Part shown: in pieces, positions 15,001-30,000 of the stretch
Position numbering within the stretch: the stretch's first letter is position 1
How the letters are laid out: each line of letters starts with the position of its first letter
From: Elusimicrobiota bacterium
GTDB taxonomy: Bacteria > Elusimicrobiota > Elusimicrobia > F11
Direction of reading: 5' to 3'
Length of the DNA: 64,000 nt
Assembly: GCA_044221725.1 (NCBI GenBank)
Contig: JBGAON010000001.1
Location: 416,001 to 480,000, forward strand
Program-made: the position numbers and the translations under genes
Notes under the pieces: generated by a model
Databases searched by the model: none
What the model was told of the DNA's origin: nothing
What the model saw: only the letters and a program-made list of their open reading frames with translations

Positions 15001-18000
15001 CTTAGTTTGGGAAGCACGACCACAATTTCGGTTCCGGCGCCGGCGGGACTTACATTCTCTACAGCATCGGCGACAACGCTCACAGGAACATGGACACCGC
15101 TCTCGTTCACCGCCGACTTCTACAACCTGCGTGTCAGCACGGATGCAGGCTTCACAGGAACGATTACGAGCTCCGCCGCCGTGTTGCCACCAACGAGCGT
15201 GACGACACCGGCACTAAGCGTGAACACAACCTATTACGGCCAAGTGAATGCGGTGGTAAACGGATCGACGGGGGCATGGAGCACGAACGTCACGACCGCA
15301 ACGCTGGCGAGTATTCCGGCGACGGCGGCGTCAACGTGGACCGCGGTGAACTTTACCTCGATCACTGTCACGTGGACGCAGGGCCTCAATCCGTCGGCGG
15401 TGACCGAATACCAGGTACAACTCTCGACGGTCAGCAGTTTCACCGGCGCGGACGATCGAGCGGCTTACACCTACAGTTTGAGCAACGCGTTCACGGGCCT
15501 TGTCCCGAACACCGCGTACTACGCGCAAGTCCGCGCGATCAACCACTCTGGCATTCAGACGAACTTCACCAATCTCGGCAGCACCACCACGAAAGCGACA
15601 CCGGTGCCGACCAACCTCGCATTCTCAACGGCCTCGGCCACAACGCTAACCGCCACATGGAATGCAATTTCGCCGACGGCCGACTTCTACAACCTGCGTG
15701 TTAGCACGGATTCTGGATTCACGGGAACAATCACAAGTTCCGCGACGGTGTTGCCACCGACGAGCGCAACGACACCGGCGCTTTTTGTCAACACAACCTA
15801 CTACGCACAAGTGAATGCCGTTGTGAGTGGTTCCACGAGTGCGTGGAGTGCGAACGTGACGACGGCCACGCTCGCGAATCAACCGGCGAGCGCGGTGTCG
15901 ACGTTTACGTCGATCAACATTACATCCATCACCGTGACCTGGATTGAAAACGGAAACCCGGTGACCGTGACGGAATACGAGATTCGGCTGTCGACGGATT
16001 CCGGTTTTGGTGGCGCGAGCGACATCACGCACTTCGTTTATTCCACGACGGACACGTTCACGAATCTCATTCCGTTCACGAACTACTACGCGCAGGTGCG
16101 CGCGATCAACCATTACGGAATTCCGACGAACTTTGCAGCGCTGGGGAGCACGACAACAAAGGCGTCCCCGGTACCAACCAATCTTTCGTTCTCCACAGCC
16201 TCGGCAACCACATTGACCGGTACCTGGACCGCCGTGTCGCCAGCGGCCGATTTCTACAACCTGCAAGTTTCGACCGATTCGAATTTCACGGGTTCCATCA
16301 CGAGTTCGGCGACGGTGTTGCCGCCAACGACGGCCACCACGCCGGCGCTCAACGTGAACACAACATATTATGGGAGAGTGAACGCGGTTGTGAACGGTTC
16401 CACCGGTGCATGGAGTGCGAACGTGACCACGGCAACGCTCGCGAGTATTCCCGTAACGGCGGCTTCTACGTGGACCGCCGTGAACTACACATCGGTCACT
16501 GTTGCGTGGACACAAGGCCTTAACCCGAACAGCGTCACCGAATATGTGGTGCAACTGTCGACGGTGAGCAGCTTCACCGGAGCGAACGACCAATCGGTTC
16601 ACACGTATGGCTTGAGCAACGCGTTTACGGGTCTCGTTCCAAACACCGCTTACTACGCTCGCGTGAAAGCGGTCAACCATTCTGGGACCCCGACAAACTA
16701 TCTGAGTTTGGGTACCACGACGACACTCGCCGTTCCAATCCCCACGGGCCTCGTGTTCTCGACAGCATCCATCACGACGCTCACCGGCACATGGGCACCG
16801 GTCGCGGTGACCGCGGACTTCTACATGTTGCAAGTGTCGACGGATACGAATTTCACCGGCACCATAACGAGCTCCGTGACCGTATTGCCGCCCACGACGG
16901 CCACCACCCCGGCCCTGAGTGTGAACACCACCTATTATGGACGCGTAAACGCGGTGGTGAGTGGATCCACAGGTTCGTGGAGCACGAACGTGACGACCGC
17001 AACGCTTGCGAGTGTTCCGGCGACGGCGGCTTCCACGTGGACGGCGGTTAATACCACATCGATCACGGTCACGTGGACGCAGGGGCTCAATCCTTCCGCT
17101 GTGACCGAATATCTTGTGCAACTATCAACGGTGAACAGTTTCACCGGTGTGAACGATCAAGCAGCCTACACCTATAGTTTGAGCAACGCATTTACGGCTC
17201 TTGTCCCGAACACCGCGTATTACGTGCAGGTGCGCGCGATCAACCATTATGGTGTCGAATCGAGTGTTCTTAGTTTGGGAAGCACAACCACAATTTCGGT
17301 GCCGGCGCCAACGGGCCTTACATTCTCGACCGCTTCAGCGACAACGCTCACCGGGACCTGGACTCCGTTGCCTTTTGCCGCCGACGTCTACAATTTGCGC
17401 GTGAGCACCGACGCTGGATTTGGGGGAACCGTCACAAGCTCGGCGACGGTGTTGCCACCAACGAACATAACGACACCGCCACTCAGCGTAAATACAACGT
17501 ACTACGGGCAAGTGAACGCGGTGGTCAATGGATCAACAGGACCGTGGAGCACGAACGTGACCACAGCGACGCTGGCGAACCAACCGGCGAGTGCCGTGTC
17601 GACGTTTACGTCGATCAACATCACATCGATCACGGTAACGTGGCTCGAGAACGGAAATCCGGTGAACGTGACCAAGTACGAAATTGAATTGTCCACGGCG
17701 TCGAACTTCACCGGCGCGTCCGACATTGCGCACGTCGTTTACTCAACGACCGACACCTTCACGAGTCTGATTCCGTTCACGAATTATTACGCGCAGGTGC
17801 GCGCGATTAACCATTACGGGATCGAAACGAACTTCACGAATTTGGGCAGCACCACAACGAAAGCGGCGCCGGTACCGACGAATCTTGTGTTCTCCACCGC
17901 GTCCGCAACAACATTAACCGGCACCTGGACCGCGATTTCACCGGACGCCGATTTCTACACGCTTCAAGTCTCCACGGCATTGAACTTTACTGGAGCGATC

Positions 18001-21000
18001 ACGAGCTCGATCACTGTCCTTCCGCCGACGACAGCAGCAACGCCGGCGCTCAGCGTCAACACGACCTATTATGGAAGAGTGAACGCGGTGGTGAACGGTT
18101 CCACCGGGGCGTGGAGTACGAACGTAACCACGGCGACGCTAGCGAATCAACCAGCAACGGCGGCGAGCACGTGGACGGCCATCAACATCACATCGATAAC
18201 CGTGACGTGGACCGAGAACGGCAACCCGATCAACGTGACGCGTTACGAGGTTGAACTCTCGACAGCGTCCAATTTCACGGGCGCAAACGACGTCACGCAT
18301 TTTGTTTATTCGACGACCGACACGTTCACGAATCTCATTCCGTTCACGAACTATTACGCGCAAGCGCGTGCGATCAACCACTACGGGATCGAAACGAACT
18401 TCACGAATCTCGGAAGCACCACGACAAGCGCGACACCGGTGCCAACGAACCTGACATTCTCAACCGCGTCGGCCACGACACTGACCGGAACCTGGACGGC
18501 GATTTCACCGGCGGCCGATTTCTATACGTTGCAGGTGTCGACCGCCGCGAACTTCACCGGCGCGATAACGAGCTCGAGCACGGTTCTTCCACCGACGACG
18601 GTGAACGCGCCGGCGCTCAGCGTGAACACAACCTATTATGGAAGAGTCAACGCGGTCGTGAACGGTTCGACGGGCGCCTGGAGCGCGAACGTGACCACCG
18701 CGACATTGGCCAGCCAACCGCTGGTCGCGCCGAGCTCGTGGCTTAGCGTCAATGTCACTTCGGTAACGGTCACGTGGCTGGAAAATGGAAACCCGGCGGG
18801 TGTGACGCGTTACGAAATCGAATTGTCCACCGACACCGCATTCGGCGGATCAAACGATACCACGCACTTCGTGTACGCGACGACGGACACATTCGTCAGC
18901 TTGGATCCGGCCGCCACGTATTACGCGCACGTGCGCGCCATTAACCATTACGGAATTCCGACAAACTTCACGAATTTGGGTTCGACGGTCATGTTAACAG
19001 CGCCGGTCCCGTACAATCTTGTGTTCACGAGCGCGAGCATCAACAGCCTCACCGCCCAGTGGATTGATTCCACGCCGGCCGGCGAGAATTATTTGCTGGA
19101 GGTGAGCACATCGAGTTCCGACTTTGCGAACAAGAGCAGTGCGGTCACCGCCGGTGCGACCGGTACCATCGGATCTCTGAACGTGAACACCACGTATTAC
19201 GGACGTGTCGCGACGATCATTGCTGGTTCCACTTATCCTTATAGTTCATTGGCGAGCACCGCAACGTTGGCCAACATTCCGGTGACGGCGGTTTCCACGT
19301 GGACCGCTGTGAATTACACCTCCATTACGGTTGCATGGACGCAGGGAATAAATCCTTCGGCCATCACCGAATATGTCGTTCGGTTATCGACGGTCAGCAA
19401 CTTCTCCGGCGCGAACGACCAGACAGCGTCCACTTACGGATTGAGCAATTCGTTTACAAATCTGATTCCGAACACGTCGTACTACGCCCAAGTGAAAGCC
19501 GTGAACCACGCGGGCATTTCCACCTTCTTCTTGAACTTGGGAAGCACCGCGACGTTGGCCACACCGGTACCGACAAACCTCGCGTTTTCGTCGGCCGCGC
19601 TCACGACGTTGACCGGAACGTGGACACCAATTTCTCCAGCGGCAGACTTCTATAATCTGCAAGTTTCAACCGACGCGAACTTCACGGGCACCGTCACCAG
19701 TTCCTCGACGGTGCTGCCACCGGCGACCGCAACGACACCGGCGCTCAGCGTGAACACGACTTACTATGGACGTGTGAACGCGGTGCTGAGCGGATCCACG
19801 AGCACGTGGAGCGCGAACGTTACCACCGCGACATTGGCGAGCGTTCCTGTTTCCGCGGCAAGCACGTGGACCGCGGTGAACGTCACGTCAATCACTGTCG
19901 CGTGGATGCAGGGACTCAATCCTTCAGCGATCACCGCGTACGTGGTACAGCTCTCGACCGCGAGTGATTTCTCCGGTGCCAACGATGACACGGCGTCCAC
20001 CTACGCACTGAATTATTCCTTTACGGGCCTCGTGCCGGCGACGACGTATTACGCGCAAGTGAAAGCCGTGAACCATTACGGAATTCCGACGAGCTATTTG
20101 AATTTGGGGAGCACCGTCACTCAAACGGCGTCGTTCCCGACGAATCTCGTGTTCTCGAGCGCGTCATTAACAACGTTGACCGCTACCTGGGACACCATTT
20201 CGCCGGCGGCCGATTTCTACAACTTGGAAGTTTCGACCGATGCCAACTTCAATGGAACGGTCACGAGCTCCGCCACCGTTTTGCCGCCGACCACGGGGAC
20301 CGCGCCGGCGCTCAGCGTGAACACCACTTACTATGGCCACGTGAACGCGGTTGTGAACGGGTCGACAGGACCGTGGAGCGCGTACGTAACAACCGCCACG
20401 CTCGCGAGTATCCCTGCCTCAGTGGCGAGCACGTGGACGGCGGTCAACATCACATCGCTCACGGTCGTGTGGACGCAAGGACTCAATCCGTCGGCCGTCA
20501 CCCAATACGTGGTGCAATTGTCGACGGCGGCGGACTTCAGCGGTGCGAACGATCAGAGCGCGCGCACTTACGGTTTGAATAGTTCGTTCACCGGTCTTGT
20601 CCCGAACACCGCTTACTACGCGCAAGTGAAAGCGGTGAACCATTACGGAATCGAAACCAACTATTTGAGCTTGGGCAGCACAACCACGCAGACGACGCCG
20701 GTGCCAACGGGCCTCGCGTTCTCAACCGCATCGGCCACAACGCTCACCGGAACATGGACGGCAATTTCACCGGCGGCGGACTTCTACACGTTGCAAGTGT
20801 CGACCGACATAAACTTTACGGGCGCCATCACAAGTTCGGCGACCGTGCTGCCCCCGACAACCGTCACCACACCGGCGCTGAGCGTGAACACCACCTATTA
20901 CGGACGCGTAAACGCTGTGCTGAGCGGATCGACGGGACCGTGGAGCGCAAACGTAACAACGGCGACGCTTGCGAGCATTCCCGCGTCGGCCGCGAGCACG

Positions 21001-24000
21001 TGGACCGCGGTCAACATCACATCGCTCACGGTCGCGTGGACGCAAGGACTCAATCCGTCGGCCGTCACCCAATACGTGGTGCAATTGTCGACGGCGGTGG
21101 ACTTCAGCGGTGCGAACGATCAGACGGCGCGCACTTATGGATTGAATAACTCGTTCGCCGGCCTTGTCCCGAACACCGCTTACTACGCGCAAGTGAAAGC
21201 GGTGAACCATTATGGAATCGAAACCAACTATTTGAACCTGGGCAGCACGATCACGCAGACGACGCCGGTGCCAACGGGTCTCGCGTTCTCGACAGCCTCG
21301 GCAACAACGCTCACCGGAACATGGACGGCGATTTCACCGGCGGCGGACTTCTACACGTTGCAAGTCTCGACCGATGTGAACTTCACCGGAACAATTTCAA
21401 GCTCGAGCACGGTGTTGCCGCCGACCACCATCACAACGCCAGCGCTCAGTGTGAACACCACTTATTATGGACGCGTGAACGCGGTGGTCAGCGGATCGAC
21501 GGGACCGTGGAGTGCGAACGTAACGACGGCAACGCTCGCGAATCAACCGGCGGCACCATCGAACGCGTGGTTGGAGGTCCAACTTACTTCGGTGACGGTC
21601 ACGTGGTTTGAAAACAATAATCCGTTGAACGTGACCGAGTACGAAATCGTGGTATCGACTGATTCGAGCTTCACAGGCACCGGTGACATTCACCACCGCG
21701 TGTATCAAACCACGAATACGTTCACGGGTCTCGCGACGGATACCACGTATTACGCTCAGGTGCGAGCGATCAACCATTACGGAATCCCGACGAACTTTAC
21801 GAACTTGGGTAGCACGTTCACGCTTGCCTCGCCGAGCCCGACCGCGCTTCGCGTAACGACCGCAAGTGTTACGAGCTTGACCACCCAATGGAACGCCTCG
21901 ACACCACCGGGACAGATGTACATTCTTGAATACAGCACATCGAGCTTGGATTTTGCAAACAAAGTCAGCTCCGTTACCGCGGCGCTGTTCGCGACGATCG
22001 ACTCATTGGAAGTGAACACCACTTATTATGTGCGCGCCGCGAGCGTCATTGACGGTTCGACATACGCGTACAGTTCCACGATCAGTTCTGCCACGCTGGC
22101 GGACACGCCGCAAACGCTGGCTTCGACTTGGACGGCGGTGGAATTCACATCGATCACCGTGAGCTGGTCGCAAGGATTAAACCCGAACGCCGTCACTCTT
22201 TACGTCGTGCAACTTTCGACGTCGGTTAACTTCACCGGTTCAAGCGATCAACAGTCCGCAACATACGCGACAAGCGCGGACTTTGCTGGATTGGCTCCTA
22301 ACACGACGTACTACGCGCAAGTTAAGGCGGTGAACCATTCGGGTATCTCGAGCAATTATCTTGTGTTGGGTTCGACGCTCACCAAGGCGACGCCGATTCC
22401 ACAAAACCTTCGTGTGACCGGAACCACGATCAACTCGATTGCGGCGGCATGGGATGCTACGTTGCCGCCCGCGGATTCGTACACGCTGCAAATTGCCACA
22501 TCAACCGATTTCACGACGATCACGGACAGTTCGATCACGGCGAATTCCTTTGCAACGATTGGAAGTTTGAACGTGAACAGCACCTACTACGCGCGCGTGA
22601 ACGCGACTATAAACACGACCGCAAGCGCGTGGAGCGCATCCGTGACAACCGCGACATTGGCGAGCATTCCGGCAACGGTCGCGTCAACGTGGACCGCGGT
22701 CGAATACACGTCGATGACGGTGAATTGGTCGCGCGGATTGAATCCGGCGGCGATCACGAAATATGTTGTGCAACTATCGACAGCCAATGACTTCAGCGGC
22801 TCGTCGGATCAAGTTGCCGCTACGTACAGCGTCTCGTTTAACTTCACGGGTCTTGTGCCGGCGACGACGTATTATGCGCAAGTGGAAGCGATCAACCATT
22901 ATGGAATTCCGACCGCGTTCCTGAATCTTGGTTCCACGGTTACGAAGACGACACCGCGGCCGACGAACCTTGTGTTCACCGCCGCATCGATCACGACGTT
23001 AACGGGCGATTGGACGCCGACGTTGCCGAACGCCGACAGTTACACGTTGCAGGTGAGCACGGATTCGAATTTCGACGGTATCGTGACAAGTTCAACAACC
23101 GAAATTCCGCCGGCGACGGTGGGGCTCGTAGCACCGCTGTCGGTGAACACAACGTATTACGGGCGCGTGAACGGCACAATCAATGGTCAACCGGGAGCGT
23201 GGTCGATCTTTGCGACGACCGCGACACTCGCTGATATTCCGGCCACGGTTGCCTCCACCTGGACCGCGGTTGCGTACACGTCAATGACAGTGAACTGGTC
23301 GCGCGGATTGAACCCGGTTTCCATTACCGAATACATCGTTCAGTTGTCGACGGCCAACGATTTCACGGGCGCGAATGATCAGGCCGTTGCGACTTATAGC
23401 GTGTTCGCGAACTTTGCTGGCCTTGTTCCGGGCACAACATACTATTCCCAAGTGAAAGCCGTGAACCATTCGGGAATACCAACGAACTACCTTGTGCTCG
23501 GCTCGACGGCAACGAAAGGCACTCCCACGCCACAGAATTTGCGAGTGACCGGAGCCACCCTTAACTCTATTGATGCCGCGTGGAATACGACGTCGCCGAT
23601 TGCGGATTCGTACACGCTGCAGATCGCGACATCAACCGATTTCACGACGATCACGGACAGTTCGATCACGGCGAATTCCTTTGCAACGGTTGGAAGTTTG
23701 AACGTTAACAACACCTACTACGCGCGCGTGAACGCGACAATTAATAATGGACCAAGCGCGTGGAGCACGACGGTAACGACGGCAACGTTGGCGAGCATTC
23801 CTGTGACGGTGGCATCCACCTGGACCGCGGTGGAGTACACGTCGGTGACGATTAATTGGGCGCGTGGATTGAATCCGTCATCGATCACGGAATATGTTGT
23901 GCAACTTTCGACGGATAGCAGCTTCACGGGAACAAATGATCAGACGCAAGTCACTTACAATCTGTTCGCGGACTTCACGGGTCTTGTTCCGGCGACGACG

Positions 24001-27000
24001 TATTACGCTCAAGTGCGAGCGATCAATCACTACGGGATCCCGACATCCTTCTTGAATCTCGGATCCACGGTCACAAAGACAACGCCGATACCGACGAATC
24101 TTGTGTTCACGACGGCCTCGATCACAACGTTGACCGCGGACTGGTCGACCACGTTGCCGGCCGCCGATGTTTACACGGTGCACGTGAGCACGGACCAAAA
24201 CTTTACGGGCACAATCACGAGTTCGACGTCGGTGGTGCCGCCGGTGACACTCGGAATGGCGGTGCCGCTATCGGTAAACACGACGTATTACGGTCGCGTG
24301 AACGGAACGATTAGCGGGCGCGCCGGTGCGTGGACCACAAACGTGACGACGGCCACTTTGGCGGACACGCCCGGTTCTGTTGTTTCCACATGGACAGCGG
24401 TGAACGCCACGTTGATCACTGTTAATTGGGATCGCGGCTTGAACCCGGTCGGTGTGACGCTCTACAACGTTTATATGTCGACCGCGAGCGACTTCACGGG
24501 AACAAGCGACAAAGTGCAATCGACGCGCAATCTTTCGACCACGTTCTCAGCGCTCGTGCCAAACACAACGTACTTTGCTCAGGTGCAAGCCGTAAACCAC
24601 AGCGGAATTCCGACGGCGTTCTTAAGCCTTGGTTCAACGGTAACCGCGGGGGCCGATGCGCCGGCCAATCTCCGTATCACGAATGCGTCGATCGCATCGT
24701 TAACGGCGACGTGGGACCAAAATTCTCCTGTCGCTGAAAATTACACACTCGAAGTTTCGACCGCCATCGACTTTACTGGAACAATCACGAGCTCGCGTAC
24801 GGTGTTGCCGCCGGCGACAGCGCTTGCGCCGGCTCTCAGTGTGAACACGACTTATTATGGTCGCGTGAACGCTGTTGTCCTCGGGAGCACAAGTCCGTGG
24901 AGCACGACGGTCACGACGGCAACGTTGGCGAGCATTCCTGTGACGGTGGCATCCACCTGGACCGCGGTGGAGTACACGTCGGTGACGGTGAATTGGTCGC
25001 GTGGATTGAATCCGGCGTCGATCACCGAATATGTTGTGCAACTTTCGACGGATAGCAGCTTCACAGGGACGAATGATCAGACGCAAGTCACTTACAATGT
25101 ATTCGCGGACTTCACGGGTCTTGTTCCAGCAACAACCTATTACGCTCAAGTGCAGGCGATCAATCATTACGGGATCCCGACATCCTTCTTGAACCTTGGT
25201 TCCACGGCCACAAAGACAACGCCGATGCCGACGAATCTTGTGTTCACGACGGCTTCGATCACAACGTTGACCGCGGACTGGTCGACCACGTTGCCGGCGG
25301 CCGATCTTTACACGGTGCACGTGAGCACGGATCAAAACTTTACGGGCACGATCACGAGTTCGGCGTCGGTGTTGCCGCCGGTGACACTCGGACTCGCGGT
25401 GCCGCTGTCGGTGAACACGACGTATTACGGACGCGTGAACGGCACAATTGGCGGACACGCCAGTGCGTGGACCGCGAACGTCACGACCGCCACGTTAGCG
25501 GACGCGCCAGTGAGTGTAGCTTCCACGTGGACCGCGGTCGAATACACCTCAATGACAGTGAACTGGTCGCGCGGATTGAACCCGGTTTCCATTACCGAAT
25601 ACATCGTTCAGTTGTCGACGGCCAACGATTTCACGGGCGCGAATGATCAGGCCGTTGCGACTTATAGCGTGTTCGCGAACTTTGCTGGCCTTGTTCCGGG
25701 CACAACATACTATTCCCAAGTGAAAGCCGTGAACCATTCGGGAATACCAACGAACTACCTTGTGCTCGGCTCGACGGCAACGAAAGGCACTCCCACGCCA
25801 CAGAATTTGCGAGTGACCGGAGCCACCCTTAACTCTATTGATGCCGCGTGGAATACGACGTCGCCGATTGCGGATTCGTACACGCTGCAGATCGCGACAT
25901 CAACCGATTTCACGACGATCACGGACAGTTCGATCACGGCGAATTCCTTTGCAACGGTTGGAAGTTTGAACGTTAACAACACCTACTACGCGCGCGTGAA
26001 CGCGACAATTAATAATGGACCAAGCGCGTGGAGCACGACGGTAACGACGGCAACGTTGGCGAGCATTCCTGTGACGGTGGCATCCACCTGGACCGCGGTG
26101 GAGTACACGTCGGTGACGATTAATTGGGCGCGTGGATTGAATCCGTCATCGATCACGGAATATGTTGTGCAACTTTCGACGGATAGCAGCTTCACGGGAA
26201 CAAATGATCAGACGCAAGTCACTTACAATCTGTTCGCGGACTTCACGGGTCTTGTTCCGGCGACGACGTATTACGCTCAAGTGCGAGCGATCAATCACTA
26301 CGGGATCCCGACATCCTTCTTGAATCTCGGATCCACGGTCACAAAGACAACGCCGATACCGACGAATCTTGTGTTCACGACGGCCTCGATCACAACGTTG
26401 ACCGCGGACTGGTCGACCACGTTGCCGGCCGCCGATGTTTACACGGTGCACGTGAGCACGGACCAAAACTTTACGGGCACAATCACGAGTTCGACGTCGG
26501 TGGTGCCGCCGGTGACACTCGGAATGGCGGTGCCGCTATCGGTAAACACGACGTATTACGGACGCGTGAACGGAACGATTAGCGGGCGCGCCGGTGCGTG
26601 GACCGCGAACGTGACCACCGCCACGCTGGCGAGCATGCCGGTCACCGCGGTGTCGACATGGACCGCCGTGGACTTTACGTCCATTACGGTGGCGTGGACT
26701 CAGGGACTTAACCCGTCCAGCGTGACGCGATACGTGGTGCAATTGTCGACCGTGAGTTCGTTCACGGGATCAGCGGATCAAACGATCGGCACCAATGGTT
26801 TGTCGGCTTCGTTTACGGGACTTGTTCCGTTTACGACATACTTCGCGCAAGTCGAGGCGATAAACCATTCTGGAATACCCACGTCGTTCTTGAGTTTGGG
26901 TTCGACGGTCACCAAGGTTACATCGACGCCCACAAATCTTGTCTTCTCAGCGGCCGCGACGACAAATCTCACCGCATCGTGGAATACAATTTCACCGGCA

Positions 27001-30000
27001 GCGGACAATTACACATTGGAAGTAAGCACCGATCCGAACTTCACGGGCATCGTTACGAGTTCGAGTTCCGTCTTGCCGCCCGCGATGGCGGGAACAATTC
27101 TTCCGTTGTCGGTGAACACCACGTATTACGGTCGCGTGAACGCTACGCTGTATGGTGTCGACAGTTTCTGGAGTGCGAACGTGACAACGGCAACGCTTGC
27201 GAGCGTGCCGGTGTCAGCGGCTTCAACCTGGACGGCGGTGGCGATGACATCGTTCACGGTGGCGTGGTCCAACGGATTGAATCCATCATCGATCACAAAA
27301 TATCTGATCCAGTTGTCGACGGCGAGCGATTTCTCTGGAGCGAATGACAAGAGCTCGGTCACGTACAATTTGTTTGCGGGCTTCACCGGCCTCGTTCCGG
27401 ACACCACGTATTACGCGCAAGCGAAAGCGATCAACCATTACGGAATCTCGACGTTGTACGCGGTGCTCGGGTCGACGAAGACGAACGCCGTGGACGCTCC
27501 GACGAATTTGGTGTTTTCGAGCGCGGCGACAACAAGTTTGAAAGCGACCTGGAACACGGTGAACCCGGCGGCCGACTTCTATCGGTTGCAAGTTTCAACG
27601 GCAAGCGACTTCACTGGAACGATCATGAGTTCGGTGACGGTCTTGCCGCCGACGGCAGCCACCACGCCCGCGTTAACACCCAACACCACGTATTATGGTC
27701 GCGTGAACGCGGACGTGGCCGGTTCGACGACGGCGTGGTCTGTTGCAGCCACGACGGCCACGTTGGCCAATCCGCCGCTCAGTGTGGTGTCCACGTGGAC
27801 AGCGGTGCTTTACACTTCCGCGACCGTCCAATGGAGCGCCAACAACAATCCTTCGTCCGTCACGTTGTACGAAGTTCAACTCGGCACCGTTTCGAATTTT
27901 AGTGGAGTGCCGCAGAGCACGTTCACGTACAACACAAGCACCAGTTTCTCGGGCTTGCTCCCCGGTTCAACGTACTTCGCGCAAGTGCGCGCCATCAATC
28001 ATTCAGGAATTCCGACGTTCTGGACAAATCTCGGAAGCACAACCACGTTGATCGCGGTCGGTTTCACTCGCACATGGCTTGGCACGTCCCCGGATTGGTA
28101 CGTGGCAACCAATTGGAGTCCCACCGGCTATCCGCAGCCGCTCGATAGCATCGTTATTCCGGTAACCGCGAACGATCCGGTGCTCTCCGGTACGTCCAGC
28201 GTGGTCAATGTGACCATGAACAGTGGTTCCTCCTTATATATATATGGGGCAACCTTCACGGTGACAGGAAGCGTCAATTCGAATGGTACGTTGGTGTTGT
28301 CATCCACCGAGGTGCTGACGTTGCCCGGCAACGTTTGGGATGTGAACTCCGGTACGATTTCGTACGAAGGATCGGGCGCGTTCACCGGGTTGACCGCCGG
28401 CAACACGTACAACAATCTCCGGTTCAACAATGCGGGTGGAACCTGGACATTGAACAACAATCTCACCGTTAACAATGATTTGTTGATTGATGCGGGCGAT
28501 CTGAACGCATCGACCATCGCGGTCCAAGTCACGCGCAACATGACGCGCACGGGCGGAAGCTTCACGGCCGGTACCTCCACGGTAACGCTCGCGGGCAACG
28601 GATCGGTGAACGGATTCACGGTGGCGAGCGCGTTCGCAAATCTTGACCTCGCGCCGGCGGCGCTTACAACGACACTCGCTTCAGATATTGATGTCACCGG
28701 ACGCCTCACATTTAGCGGCGGATTCGTGAGTCAGTCCGGAGCGCGTGAACTCGCGCTGACCTCAGGCTTGGCGAATCCAATATCGATTGCGCCCAACACC
28801 GTGATGAACTTCTCGACGCTCTCGTGGACGACCTCCAACACGGCGGTCAGCTTGCCATCGTTTAGCGGTTATCCCGCGCTCAACTTAAAGTCCGACGTGG
28901 TGGGGCAGGCCTCGCTGTTCACGCTGGCCGGCAACGTGACCGCGTCGACGATCACCATTTTCAGCGTGGCGGGCGCAACGCAGACGACCGTGGACGTGGC
29001 CGGCTATCAACTGGCGATGGCGCGCCTGCAGTTGGGACTTTCGACCACCACAATGAGCGCTGGAATGTTGGCGGTCGGTAACGGCAATTTGGCGACGACC
29101 GGTGATGTGTTCTTCGCCAACGGCGCATCGATTCTCGATTTGGGAACGTCGACCGGTACGCGCATCGGTGGTGATTTCCTGTACACCGGTTCGACCGGAA
29201 CATTCCGCGCGGGCGCATCGACGATGACGTTCTCGGGGACGGCCAACCAACGAGTCGACTCGAAAGGATTTAACTTCGCGACGCTTTACTCGCAGAATAT
29301 TTCGTCGTCGGGTGTTACGTTTGTGAGCTCGTTCAACGCCGTGAACTTCGGTGTGACGGGGCTCTCGTCATCGGCGACCGTATACTTCACTTCGCTCACA
29401 ACCGCCACGATCACGGGTCGCATGAACGTGAGCGGGTCGGCTGGAAAATACGTCGTGCTACGCTCGACGGCAGCGGGTGTTCAATCCCATCTCGTCGTGT
29501 CGACGAACGCGTTCTCGGTTTCGTTTGTCGACGTGAAAGATTCGAACGCGAGCGGTGGCGCGCAAATTGTTGCGTACAACTCCGTGGATTCTGGCAACAA
29601 CACGAATTGGGATTTCGCAGCGCCGGCCGTTTCCACGTTGACGGCAACCGCTGGACCCGCCGTGCGCGCCGTGACGTTGACGTGGGCCGCGCCGGCCGAC
29701 GACGGTGCGACGGGTCAGCCGCTCAACGGTGCCTATTACATTCAATATTCAACGAACGCGTCCGTCACCTGGTCCACTGCCGCTGCGCAGATCGTTATTG
29801 CGACGAGCGGCGTAACGCCCGGTGTCACCGTCAGCACAACCGTATCTCAACTGCTGCTGGGTGTGACCTATTACTTCCGCTGGAACTCGGTCGATGACGT
29901 AAGCCGCTGGTCCGGATATTCGAATATCGCTCAAATCAAGCTGAACGATACTTATTCGCCGAACGCCATCACCGATCTCGTTGCGTCGAGCACAACAACC

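Noticed and set aside
11335..28050. CRISPR array or diversity-generating retroelement in the repeat region
   Set aside because: The repeats are in-frame coding units without spacers. Differences are mostly synonymous rather than adenine-specific, and there is no cas or reverse transcriptase gene in the window.
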